NCBI GenBank assembly: GCA_000708835.1
Contig: DF237080.1
Location: 116,991-180,990, forward strand
Origin: Klebsormidium nitens
Lineage: Eukaryota; Plantae; Klebsormidiophyceae
DNA length: 64,000 bases
Direction of reading: 5' to 3'
A model generated the notes under the pieces. The model saw only the letters and a program-made list of their open reading frames with translations. It had not been told where the DNA came from and did not search any database. This document shows positions 37,001 to 48,994 of this stretch, in pieces; within the stretch, counting starts at the first letter, position 1; every line of letters starts with the position of its first letter. The position numbers were made by a program, and so were the translations under genes.

Positions 37001-38356
37001 NNNNNNNNNNNNNNNNNNNNNNNNNNNNNNNNNNNNNNNNNNNNNNNNNNNNNNNNNNNNNNNNNNNNNNNNNNNNNNNNNNNNNNNNNNNNNNNNNNNN
37101 NNNNNNNNNNNNNNNNNNNNNNNNNNNNNNNNNNNNNNNNNNNNNNNNNNNNNNNNNNNNNNNNNNNNNNNNNNNNNNNNNNNNNNNNNNNNNNNNNNNN
37201 NNNNNNNNNNNNNNNNNNNNNNNNNNNNNNNNNNNNNNNNNNNNNNNNNNNNNNNNNNNNNNNNNNNNNNNNNNNNNNNNNNNNNNNNNNNNNNNNNNNN
37301 NNNNNNNNNNNNNNNNNNNNNNNNNNNNNNNNNNNNNNNNNNNNNNNNNNNNNNNNNNNNNNNNNNNNNNNNNNNNNNNNNNNNNNNNNNNNNNNNNNNN
37401 NNNAGGGAGAGCGTGCTGGGATGCTTGAAGAGCTTCAAAGTGTACGTGCGGAACTGGGAAGGGTACAAGAACGCACGGGCATATGCCCGCTGCTTGAGGG
37501 CCACACGGCACCGGTTTATAGTGTGGCTTGGAGACCAGATGGTTTGGTGCTGGCAAGCGCGTCAGGCGACCAAACAGTGGTGCTTTGGGATGCAGCAACG
37601 CGGCGGCAAGTACAAGTATTGCAAGGGAGCCATACCATTGGTGTCACGTATGTTACTTGGAGTCCAGACGGGAAGCTCTTGGCGTCGGTGTCATACGATA
37701 CGACAGTCGTGGTGTGGGATTGGGCTGCAGGGCTGCCCGTCCGCACCTTAGAAGCCAGTACTGACAGTCAGATTGCTTGGAGCCCCGATGGGCAAACCCT
37801 AGCGACAGCTTCAAACGATGGCACGGTCGGTTTGTGGTCGGTGGAGACGGGCCAACGGCTCCACGAGTGGAAAGCTGGCGATGGCCCGTTTTGGCAAGCG
37901 TGCGTTGCCTGGAGCCCAAATGGAGGCTTGTTGGGCATAGGGAAATATGAAGGGATTGATATCTGGGACTCGAGGACAGGTGCGCGGGTGAAGCAGATGG
38001 AAGGCCATACGAGTCAAATAACTGGCTTGGCTTGGCAACCAGAGGGCAACATGTTGGCATCCGCATCGTGGGACAAGACTGCCAAGGTGTGGGACGTGCC
38101 TTCGGGCCAGCCGGTACAGACTATTACCGCACATACGAAGACAACAAGATCGGTATGTTGGAGCCCCGATGGACGCAAGCTAGCAACAGCTGCGGACGAC
38201 GGGTTGGGGTACTTGTGGGACCTGACGGATGTGGCCCACTCGCTCCGGAAGCTAGCAGGCCACTCAAAAGGTATTTACAGTGTTGCTTGGAGCCCAAACG
38301 GTCAAACTGTTGCAACAGCTTCGGAGGACACGACGGTGGGGTTGTGGCAAGCTTGA
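34080..38356 (+). CDS. Putative single gene: hydrophobic-helix/coiled-coil N-terminal region joined to a C-terminal 7-repeat WD40 domain, interrupted by an assembly gap
   Basis: Exon 34080-35585 (donor gag|gtaagg). Acceptor ttttggcag|gtg at 36441 continues in frame (VAGIVKEALQRLAVVDAERAEEEAQERAEM). After the gap: ERAGMLEELQSVRAELGRVQER, then WD40s to the stop at 38356. Linkage across the gap is inferred. Confidence 0.6.
36532..37403. other. Assembly gap (872 N)
   Basis: Run of N. The flanks share gagcgtgctg(a/g)gatgc. Confidence 1.
37421..38356 (+). CDS. WD40 beta-propeller domain, 7 repeats, intronless
   Basis: Repeats such as LEGHTAPVYSVAWRPDGLVLASASGDQTVVLWD, MEGHTSQITGLAWQPEGNMLASASWDKTAKVWD and LAGHSKGIYSVAWSPNGQTVATASEDTTVGLW. 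Confidence 0.95.
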   Translation: MLEELQSVRAELGRVQERTGICPLLEGHTAPVYSVAWRPDGLVLASASGDQTVVLWDAATRRQVQVLQGSHTIGVTYVTWSPDGKLLASVSYDTTVVVWDWAAGLPVRTLEASTDSQIAWSPDGQTLATASNDGTVGLWSVETGQRLHEWKAGDGPFWQACVAWSPNGGLLGIGKYEGIDIWDSRTGARVKQMEGHTSQITGLAWQPEGNMLASASWDKTAKVWDVPSGQPVQTITAHTKTTRSVCWSPDGRKLATAADDGLGYLWDLTDVAHSLRKLAGHSKGIYSVAWSPNGQTVATASEDTTVGLWQA

Positions 38357-39380
38357 CTAGCTCAAAAATGAATTGACAATAAATCACGAGGAGTCTATGT
38401 AGGCACGTTGTAGGAAAACTATCACGATTGGGTAGGAGTTTATCTGGTAGAGTTGAGCACAAGCCTATGGTACTGTAGCCCGAAGGCTGGACACACATTA
38501 GTGACAAATATAGGTATGCCATGAGACGCCTGATGATGGCCTAGCTATCGTTGACCACAGCAAAAATGAAAAGAGACGTAGTGACTATTTTCTCGAAGGT
38601 GACTGGCTTAGGCTAACTCTTGAGTACTCCTAGAAACATTTAGACATTTTATGTCAAACCATCTGGTGGCAACGAATCTCATGGAGGTCTGGCTTTCTGG
38701 CGCGTGGCCGCCACTGTGACACAAGAATTCAGGACTAGGAACGAAATTGATAATTTTAGACATGTAAATCACGTTTATGTTTACACAGCAAACAATTGCC
38801 CAGTCTTTTTATTGTATCAGCGCGCGCCGGCAACATGTAAGCTAGCTTGGCGCAGCCAAAAACTTGCGCATGGAGGTCGATTATTCATGGCCGTGATCGA
38901 CCTGGATCTTATATTAGCTTGCATCCGAGCACACTGACAGGTGTGGCTACACTGATCGAGGCCGGATATTTTTTAAGGAGAGGTCGGACTCGATTCATAA
39001 CGGATGCCACAAGTATATGCATCATTTCAGCTCAGAAGCGAGCTCTGCACATGGGCCATTGTGCTCAGGCTTTTGTAGTATCTCAATGAATATCAATCAC
39101 AAACGATCGAACAGGATATCAACCCGCCCGGGCCGGACACGGTGACTGGAGCTTACATCTCAAGGGAAATGTTGTCGGTATCTCAGACCAAAAGCTAAAA
39201 CATGTAAGACGGTGCTGTATGAGTATACAGCCAAGAAGAAAAATGCAAAGTCTACTTATGCAGGATTTCCACTTCGACAAGCGGAACACTTTGAAACACG
39301 TCTGCTCGCAATTTTCGAGTCCGTCCTTCAATTGCAACACACCTTCGTAGGCCAATCTTCAGTCTTAAAGTACTTCCTTT

Positions 39381-42300
39381 CTATTTCGAACGCACAACCC
39401 GCTCACTACGTCCCCTCTCGAATTCCGATGTCAACGCTGCTAAGAATGTACGAACCGACCGCAGGTCTTCGGCTGACAGACTATCCTCGACCCTCGCTAA
39501 GAACGATGCATAACGCGTGTCAGTATTTGCGGACGGCGTTGCCCCTCTGGCTTCCGGTTTTTGCACCCTAGCTTGCGGAGCGCCCGGTTCTTGCTCTGCC
39601 GACGATGGAGCCTCTAGCAAGCTTCCGTTCTGGCCCCCCTCCTTGACCGGGATTACGTTCCGCCCGTTCTTCGAACTTTTTGCGGGGGCGCTGCGCCCGG
39701 TTGCGACACCCCCTTCGGGACCCCCCCAGGGCAACGGGAGCCGCCGCTGCGGCCATTGAACTTCGACCGGAATTTTCTTAAATCGCCCTGGAGGCAAATC
39801 TGGTTCAGACCCGGGTCCTCCTTTCCAATCTTCCAATCCCAACCCAAGGCCGTCAAACACTCGCTCCAGCTCAGCCGTCGACGGCAGAGCACAGCCCGGA
39901 ACGAAATCGAACAGCCCCCCCGAATCCCGCTGCAAAGCGTCTGACACCCCCGATGCACTCTCCGTCTCTACAAGCCCCCCCTCCGCCACACGTTTTTCAT
40001 CGACGCCGGTGGTGACGTCATCAACACGTTCCCAATCAGCAACACCGTCCCCAACTCCTTCTTCTTTCGGCTCTCTCTTCGCCTCGAGCAGTGCCGCAAT
40101 CTTATCCAGCGCCTCTCCGGTCGTTACAGTCCCACTTCCCGTTTCCCCCCCGTCGTTTTCCCCCTGGTTGCTCCCCCCGGACAACGTTGCATCACACAGC
40201 GCCCGCCCAAGGCCCCCCTCGGGGGCTCCCCGGAGTGCCCCGAGCACTCTTTCCACCGCACTCCCTTCCGCCAGTCCGCCGTTCCGCCCTTCCGCCAGAA
40301 AGCGCAAAAAGCCGGGCAACTCGTGGGGCGCCAGATCCCAACCCGCTTCCACCGCACCCCCCACCGCTACTGGGAGTCTTTGCACATCCCCCCCCGCCAT
40401 GCAGGCAGACACAACTACCTCCCCAAGCGCGGCCGCATCCGACCCACCCCCCCGAACCGAGACCAGCTCGCGCAGCGGGTCGGTCGCTTGCGCGAGCCGC
40501 CCGCACGCGCACAGCGCTCGGATGACGTCAGCAAGCGCCTCCCGGGGCAACAAGCCGACGGCTTCCCTCTCTTTCATCTCGTCGAACAGCTCCACGATCC
40601 GGAACGGCGCCAGGAAGGCGTCCCCGGCTGCTGACGTCGGCGCTGACGTGGCACTTGCTGACGTGGCGACAGCTGACGTGGAGTGGGCGCGGATGAGAAT
40701 CGCGTACGACGTCGCGTTCGGCTGCCGCCCCTGCTTCCGCATCTCGGTCAACAGCGACCCCGCCTGCTTGAGATTCCCCCTGCTGACGTAAGCTTGCATC
40801 AGCAGGTTGAATGCTGAGACCGTCGGCTCGAGCCCTGCCCCCTCAATACGCCGGAACACTTCGTCGACCTTCATAAGCTGCCCGGCGCTCAGATACGCCT
40901 CCATGAGCGCGATATAGCTATACACGTTTGGGGGGCAGCCGTCTTTCACCATGACCGTCAGGATCTTCTCCGCCTCCGCCAGCTGGCCGCTCCGACCCAG
41001 TGCGCTAACCAGCAGGTTATACGTAACCCGGTCCGGTTTCAAACCCTGGCGCTTGATCTCCTGGAACACCCGCAACGCATCGCTGACCAAACCCCGTTCC
41101 GCATAAACGCTCAGCACCGTGTCGTAAACCTTAACCCGGTCCTTGTCCGTGCTGTTAACCCAGTCCGGGTTCCCGTACATCTCGCCCCAGACCCGGTCGA
41201 GCGCGGTTAGGTCGCCCCTTAACCCGCACGCCTTAACCAGGATGCTATACGTATGGCTGCTCGGCCGGCCCCCAGCTCGGAGCATGCCCTCGTATACCTC
41301 CATAAGCGACCGCAGCGGGGCGTCACCGCGCCCCATCCCGTCCAATAGCGTATTGACCGTGATGACGGACGGCCGGACGCCCTTTTTCTCCATCGTCCGG
41401 ATCAGGGTTTGGACGGACTCCCAGTCGCCCAGCTTGGCGTAGGCGTCGCCCAGAATGTTGTACACTTGCTCGTCGAGCTCCTTTTGGAACGAGGCCTGCA
41501 ACAAAAGGAGAAAGTCGACAGAGGAATTGATGAGGGGGAATAATAAGATGATAAAGCAGGAAGTTCGAAAAGAAGTCGAGACGTTGATGTTCAAAATAAT
41601 ACCAAATCGTGAGTTGGGGCAAGGAAGAATGGATGAACTCAGGTAAAGCGTCAATGGGAAGCTTGGCTGGAGGGTCGCGTCGTGATGAAAGGGAGCTGAC
41701 ACCTCGCGCAGAGCACCCGTACTGCAGCGGTCAGCCTTCTTGACATCTCTGATGCCACGCCACATCCTTGGTCGTTGACAAAAGTAGCTGACTACAGCTT
41801 ATTTTTGTAAACAATCAACGAATTTTCAAGTGGGCAAATCACGATGTTCATTGCAAAATCATCGTGGGCAGCACGAAGCAGACTCTCCTCCGCAATAGGG
41901 AGGAGAATAATTGCAGGGGCCTATAACAGCCAAATCATTCCTTGCAGATTCTCCCCGACCAAGATTGTCTGTGTTTGGGCAATCGCAGCAGAAACCCTGC
42001 CCTCCGGAAGGCTTTGCGAAGCAGACGATCTGCCGCACCTATAATGACTAGCAGGCTGCAAGGATATGCAAGCCGCGTCGAATCCTGATACGACGTCTCT
42101 GCTGAGAAGCGCGTGAACAAGCTGCTTGTGCAGGCTCTGACAGCCTCTGGTGGATGAATGTCTCGCTCAAAGGGCCCCGGTTTAACTCAAAGCCGTCGAG
42201 GCCTGGCAGTCGGGGGCCTCAATACAAATCATCAACATACCACCAAAACGGAAAATGGAAAGAGAAGACAAGGGGAAAACACATTGACACGGCTGGAAAA

Positions 42301-45300
42301 GGCAGTAAAACAGTAGAATCTCATCCGCGCTGAGTTGGAACAGAAGCGCCGCTCTCTCACCTCCATCCGCTCAAAGAGCTTGAGGCACGTGGCAATGCCG
42401 GCTCCGCCCTTCGCACACGCGTCAATTAGAGCGCTGCACGAGCAGAAGCGTATTGTCAGAACCCGACCAGCTGCGCGAGTCGCAGAAAGCGGAGCCGATC
42501 CCAGCAAAGACCCACGGAAACTAGCATAATGAACCGAGTGGGTGATGCGCCGAAATGGATGGAAGCGATTTCGGCTGATCGGAACATCTTTGAAAGGTCG
42601 GAGAAAGGCGGCGAGAAGTGGTGACGCGGAGGCGCAGCAATCCGGTGGTTTAGCCTTCTAGCAATCAAGACTGATTTTGACGGAGATTGTTGCATCCAGA
42701 ACAAGTGTATGCCTTCAAAAGCGCCAAAACTCGACTGACCACGCACTCCATGACGAAAGCCCCTTATGGCATGACACCCACGTGGGCTTCTTAATACATC
42801 ATGTTCTCTCTTTGTTGGAAGAGCGAGCTTTCCACTGATAACTTACGCTGCTCCGATTGGTCGAAGTACTAATTCGAAACCGTCCGCTTGATTTCAAGCA
42901 TGCCATGAGTACCAAACCTCCTACCGTTACAAGGTGTATGCGGATGCGGACTGACTCAAATTCGCCATCACCGACCGAGAGCCGAGACAGACCAGGTCAC
43001 CGGCAAACGACAAACAGGACCACAAGGCTCATTGCCAAAAGGAATGTCCTATTGGAGAACCGCCACGCGGCAGCTAGACGGGCGAACACAACAACTTCGA
43101 CATCTAGCTTCGCCCAAAAGCACCTAGTGATTGACATCAGCCAATCCTGGACCTCCAGTGGGTCGTGCCTCTATCTCTTAACAATCACGGTAAGAACTTC
43201 CTTGTTCGCCATTTGTCAATGCCGGATCTATTCAGGAAGTGCAAATCAGTAACCGAAAAATGGCGGCGTCCCACCTCCAGGTGACCACGTTCGGCTCGAC
43301 CCCCGCCGCGACCATTTTGCCGAACGTCCGCAGCGCGTCCTTGTACTCGCGGACGTTTGCGTAGCAACCGATCATCGCGCTGTACACGTACTCGTTTGCA
43401 CGCACGCCGCGCCACTCCATGCGCTCAAAGACGGCGACCGCCACCGTCGACCGCTTCTGCCGCCCCAGGACAGCCAGCACCTGGACAATGGCAGGACCGA
43501 ATGACGTCAGCAAGCGTAAGATTGATGTCAGCAAGCGTTATTCGGACCTTTGTGTCAATTTCTTTGCCAGTGAGGACAGCTGTAGATGGGCTCGACGACG
43601 ATCACCGCCACTGCGAACTGCTTCCGCCACTCTAGGACAGCCGGCACCTGGGGGATATCGGGTCACGGAGTGACTTGAGCAACCACAAAAGTGACGTCAG
43701 CAAGCGCATTTCCGGCCTTTTGTGCGAAATCTGGAGGCAGAGATGTCGGTTGTAGCTGCTCTTGGAGATGACTACCGCCACGCAAAACACTTCTGCCGCC
43801 CCGAGGCAAGCCAAACCGGCGCGGTATCAAGGGACCGAGTAACGTCAGCATGCGCGAGGATGACTTCAGCAGACATGTGCTGGAGATTCAATTTGTGCCA
43901 ATCTCTGAGACCAAGGCGCCAATCGTAGCTGCGTTTGAAGACAGCTACCGCCACTGCTGATCGGAGTGCCAGCATCGGGGCGGTGTCGGTGAAAAACGGT
44001 GACATCAGCAGGCGCAGAAGTAGCGTCAGCATGCACTGTTTGAATTTTGTCGCTAAGGGAAGTCAGCTTTTCTTATGAAGAATTTTTGTTGCTCTCACTG
44101 CTCAGTGGCAGTTGCCCCTGAACGCACGTGTGCGCTTTCGAAAGTAAGTATGGTTGTGTGGAAGCACGATTGCAACATCAGCGAACAATATAAGGAACCT
44201 GATGAGCACTGAGGTTTCTTGCAATGGATGTACTCGAAAGTGGATGCACTCAATCACAATCAGTGCCAACAAAAACGCCTCTCCTGCATTAGCGCCGCCA
44301 ACCTTTGAGAAGGATCCATTCGAGCAAGATAACAAGGCAAGAGGGGGTAGACTCTCAGAGGTGCAGATTGGACTGAAGCAATCAGAAGCGGGTCTAAACG
44401 CTCAGCGGGCCCAGCATCACCGGCCACTACAGGGATTTTGTCCATCCTTAGCCAGCCAAGCTTCACAGAAGCATACCCATAGAAGCTCGTTCATGTCTGC
44501 AGTTATTGAACCTTTTGCAGTCCGACCCTCAGAAAGGACCTCGCTCAGCAACTGTTCAAATCAGTCCTTTTTTATCCTCTCTAATTATTTTACTGTGATC
44601 TAGCCATACGTGTACAGCTCGGACTGTGGATGTAATCATGGCCAACGTCTTATACATATTTCAGTAAGTCGTAGTGCACCCAAGAAGAGGAAATAATCAA
44701 CATTCTTCAAACGAACTCACCGTGCTGTAGCTCCACTCGTCCGGCTGACATTGCGGCTGCGCCTCCATCCACCGCAGCAGCCCCACGGCCATCCGCCAGT
44801 TCCCCCGCTCTCCCAGCCCCTTCAACACTTTATTCAACTCTAATGTACTCAGCCGCCCGACGAGCGGTGTCAACAGCTCCCCCAGCTCCAACGCAGGCCT
44901 CCCAATTGACACCGCCTCGGCCTCATCCTGGAACGCAGCTGACTTCAGCAGCTCCTCTTTGTACAGTTTCTGAACTTTCCGGTCGTGACTAGCGGAGACG
45001 CCTTCAAGGAATGCAAGCGTGCGAACCACTCTTTGCGTGCTGAGGTTGCGAGCGCGCACGCGCGCCCGTGCCTCTTTCCTGGAGATGGGATCCCCAGAGC
45101 CTTTGGAACTTCCTGCACGTTCTGAAGCCCCCAGTCCCAAAGCGACAGGAACCCCCAGGTCCTCTGAGACCCCGAGCCTCCCGATTGGAAACCCCTCCAA
45201 CTCTGCGAGCTCGCGCGCAAACTCCTGTGGTTCTACTACAGGTGGCCCCTCGATGCCTCTGCTCACTACCGTCCCCATCGCATTCCAGCTGACATCTACA

Positions 45301-46325
45301 GGCGTTTCTTCCCATTTGGTCGTTGGATCAGGACTCGGTTCTTCAGTAAGTTCACCTAACCTACTCGAAGTCGCGATTCGACTCCTTTGACTCGGTGCAC
45401 TGTCCGAGCTTGGTTCAGCCTCCCGCTCCCCTTCAAAACCAGTGATTGCGTCCAAAACCCTGGCCCTGTCTGCCTTAGGAGCATTCTGATCAAGCCCGGC
45501 TAAGATCGCCTCGAGCGACCACTTTGCAGCTTCCCCCTTCTCGCCACTGGCACCTTTTTGAAAGGCATCACCCCGCTTGAGAGACGCTTGTTCTGAGGCC
45601 CCTTTCGTTAGCCCCTTGCTGCTGTTCCCTTCGCCTCTGATCCCTTGCTCCTCTACATTGCTTCGGCCCGACCGCCCGTCCCTCGTCCTCTGATCGCTAC
45701 CTTTTGAGTCGCCCACCCCATCCAAAAGAACCCCCTCTGATCCACCTTCTAATTCCTGATCTGATGTCCCGACCTCTTCCTGACTACCACTACGCTGGTT
45801 AGCAGCTAACCGACTCCCTAACCCACCCTGCTCCTCAGGAGATGCATCCTTACTACCACCATCAAGTCCACGGGCCGACCCAGCGTCTTTTTCAAGAGAT
45901 GCTTTCTGTACATTCTGCCCCTCCTGGCCATTCTTCCCAGCACCCCTTCGTTTTGGGAGAGATTGCAGCCTGCCAGTGGCCAGATGCACAAACTCCCACT
46001 TTTGCTTGTCTCCGGTCTCTACGCGAATGCCAGCTGATTCGCTCTTCCCATCAGGACCGGCCCTTTCCCGAGATGGGAGATCTGTAATTTGGCTCCCCGA
46101 TTGCCCTTGTGCTTGACACCACACTTTTGGCTTCCGGCAAGGCAATGCTGGGCTTTTGAGTGCATGCAGACTGTGCTTCCGCTGCTGAGCAAAGAAAGTG
46201 CTCGTGAGAGATACGCCCAGTGAGTGCACCACCTCAGCATCAGAGGGAGCAATCTTCCGTTGCGGAGGGGAAGGGTGGGCTTGTCGCCAAAGCTTGCCGC
46301 AGGGGCATGTCTGCAGCTCGCTCAT
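39381..46325 (-). CDS. P-class pentatricopeptide repeat (PPR) protein with a long N-terminal extension, probably organelle-targeted, ~1332 aa
   Basis: Exons 46325-44721, 43480-43275, 42433-42361, 41495-39381 (3999 nt, in frame). Contiguous 35-aa PPR motifs, e.g. WSYSTVLAVLGRQ, YVYSAMIGCYAN, VTWSALIDACAK, VTYNLLVSALGRSGQLAEAEKILTVMVKDGCPPN, SAFNLLMQAYVSRG. Confidence 0.93.
43430..44035 (-). repeat. ~165-bp-period degenerate tandem copies of the PPR exon-2 branch point/acceptor/exon start within intron 1
   Basis: The motif (g/a)acgtcagc(a/t)(a/t)gcg recurs at ~43503, 43524, 43693, 43841, 44000, 44021. The exon-start-like accgccac...cttc.gcc...ggacagcc.gcacctgg recurs at ~43605, 43775, 43945. 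Confidence 0.8.
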
Positions 46326-47130
46326 CGCAGCGCTGAAGAAAAGTTTCTCTCTGCCCGCATCTGAAGTCGCTTCAAAGGCATGAGGTGACTAGGTTCCCCT
46401 GACTATTGAACAGCCGCCATTCACTGAAAAGGGTGAAGCTACACCAGCATACGTAATGCAGCCCCCATACATGTATTGCAGCAATGCTTGCTGGCTTCAC
46501 TGAAATGGGAATTTGGGCTGTGGCTGCTCAGTCACCAGTGCTGCCACCGTTCTTGGTATGTGACGTGGTACTGTTCGATGAGTTCTTTGTAAGTATCGGA
46601 CGGTTGAAAAAGCCCTCATAAATTTTAGGATCTGGTGCGAATCACCAAGTTTGAGGTTTTGAGGCTTGAACTATGGACTTTATTACCTGTTGATATTGAT
46701 CTAGGTATTCTCATTGATGCCCACTGCCGCAATATCTAACTTGAGCTTACGGTAGTTTGTGTGAAAGGCCCAATTAAGCTAGCCGATGGCACCAGATAAT
46801 ATCATTGGGTCCATTGTCTGTGAGTAGATATTGCGGACAAAGCATCCATGCCAAGCATTTGCCATGTCCAGATCTGGATTATTCACTTGAGTACACCATA
46901 TTGAGTACACCATATTCCAAGCTGCACTGAAGTTATGTTGGTCAAAGCGCCTCACCCAGAGTGGTTCGCATATCAAAGCAAGCACTACATACTATACTCC
47001 GTTGCCACAACGAACAGATTTCGTGCATAACTTATCAACTGTGAGCTTCAAAAACATCAGGCACCGTAGGTTCATAATGATAACCTCCCAAGCGATGAGT
47101 CACTCGCTTTATACGACACCGATATCCATG

Positions 47131-47838
47131 CTAAGCCGGAACTGGGTATCTCCATCGGCCCATAACTTGACGCAACCTATCTGCAGGGGTCGATTCTAGA
47201 AGTTGTTGCAAACCTAGTCGACTACTATGAACACCTGAGTATGGCGACCGTGTTCGAGACGTGTACACAAGCTGCCTACCAAGCGCAGGCTTCGATACAA
47301 TTCCGCTTTCTCTTATCAGAGCTCTACTTCTTCGTAAGCAGACTCCCAAGGCCACCCGAGACGCATCGATCTTTGAAAAGTGGTTTATGCGGAGCTGCCC
47401 AGGTAAACTGGATCCCCATAAGCTACTCAAACGATTCCTTGAATTCAGAATTGTGTTTCTTGACGCCAAGCTGTCCGCTTTCAGACCTGCTTTCTTGTAT
47501 GCCGGTTTCGCTGCAAACGGCACAAGGTTGAGTTGCTCCGATCTGGGAGAAGTGACGGGAGGTTTTGAAGGACGTCCGGTGACCGCCTTGACGCTTGGAG
47601 GGACAGCTTGAACGGCCCCTGTCCATTCGCTATACTGCTGGGCTATCTTGTTTGGTAACCGGAAGGTGCTCTGCAGGAGGTCGGACACCTGCAACGAAGC
47701 AAGAGGCAGCAAATATGTTCCAAAAGCCTGAGATTTGCGGCCGTGACGCATCAACGTCTCACTGATTGGATCAGCTCTTAGAAACCAGACAGAAGATCTA
47801 CCACGAGTGCCATGAATTGCTCCTGTTCCAGATGGCAA
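47131..47838 (-). other. Unassigned 235-codon open reading frame, possibly a decayed gene
   Basis: Stop-free stretch longer than typical of non-coding DNA here. No recognisable motif. Short tandem duplications nearby at 46887-46914 and 47836-47868. Confidence 0.25.
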
Positions 47839-47997
47839 TTGTACATCAATTGTACATCAATTGTACATCGATCCTTACAGTAAGTTGATTAATGCATAAA
47901 CTTTCCAATCTGAATGGAGGGCTGAGAACAAGGTTAAGAAGCTTTCGACCAATTGTTCAAAGGTGCCCTTAAAATTTCGTCTCACATCTTCGAGTCA

Positions 47998-48994
47998 TTA
48001 ATCCAATCTCAAGCAGCTTGATAATTTCCTGAAGGACTGCCTTAGAAGCCATCGGAACGCATCAGAAACACTGACGACGTATTCAGTCGAAATCAGGCTC
48101 AAGAAAGAACTCCGAGTGGCAGCAGCTTGCCAACCCTGAACTGACAACAGTATGTTCTACAACTGAAGTTAATGGGAAGTTTTGTGGTTTAGCATACCTT
48201 TTGTTGCTTTGCAGGATCGTTCGGAAAAAGGACTCGCTTGTTCACTTCTGACAACCTCCGATAGATCTTTGGGAAGCCATACAGCTGCAAGAAACCCACA
48301 ATCTTGTGAGCTGACGCATGAGCATAATAGAATGTATGACGGACTGGTTTAATGAATTGTGGCGAGACCAGAAGGGCAATCTCAGGACACCGTGTTCCCA
48401 AGGGCTAGAATCCTCTTCACATCTGATTCCCTGGATTAGGAGAAGCATGATTACACGTACGCCAATGTCATTTTATAAGCAGGACGTATCTTGTCCTGTC
48501 ATATGTTTTACATAGTGCATTCATCAAATGGCCCCAGAGCGCTCTCGGTCGCAGGTGTTCACACCTCGAGCAAGCAAAAGCAACATCAGCATCAAATGTT
48601 GGAACACAACTCCTGAAAACAGTAGCATGTGCAGGCAATTGAATGGTGTCACATCATGCAATCTACACCACCCAGTATATTCAGCGGATTAGCAACAACA
48701 CGGCAATTACAAAAGGTATAGCTTATCGCAAAAAGTGTCTCTGAAACGACAATGGATGACTAAACGGAAGCCTGGATTTCAACGAATGATCCAGAATTGA
48801 TGCGTTCATTCAATCTTCCAGCGTTGCCTCAATGCTTTCAGGTGGTGTGGACTCTGTCGCCTTTCATACGAAGAAAGAGAAGATGCATCATTCACAGCAC
48901 TACAGATTGTGGATCTCACCCTGGCAGCCAAGTAGACAGTCGCTTTCTTAGCGACCCAAAAGGCCGCAAACTTTGCAATGAAAGGGACAGGCAT
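47998..48994 (-). CDS. Small uncharacterised protein (~99 aa if the third exon is right)
   Basis: Exon 48994-48920 MPVPFIAKFAAFWVAKKATVYLAAR; exon 48284-48198 LYGFPKIYRRLSEVNKRVLFPNDPAKQQK; both have clean phase-0 GT/AG sites. Candidate third exon 48135-47998 is uncertain. Confidence 0.6.

Noticed and set aside
36306-37751. 300-480-aa ORFs spanning the N run
   Set aside because: Artefacts of translating N as X.
40009-40791. 260-aa and other long + strand ORFs; likewise 28722..29378 -, 17871..18356 +, 10116..10820 +
   Set aside because: Antisense shadows of GC-rich coding exons on the opposite strand.
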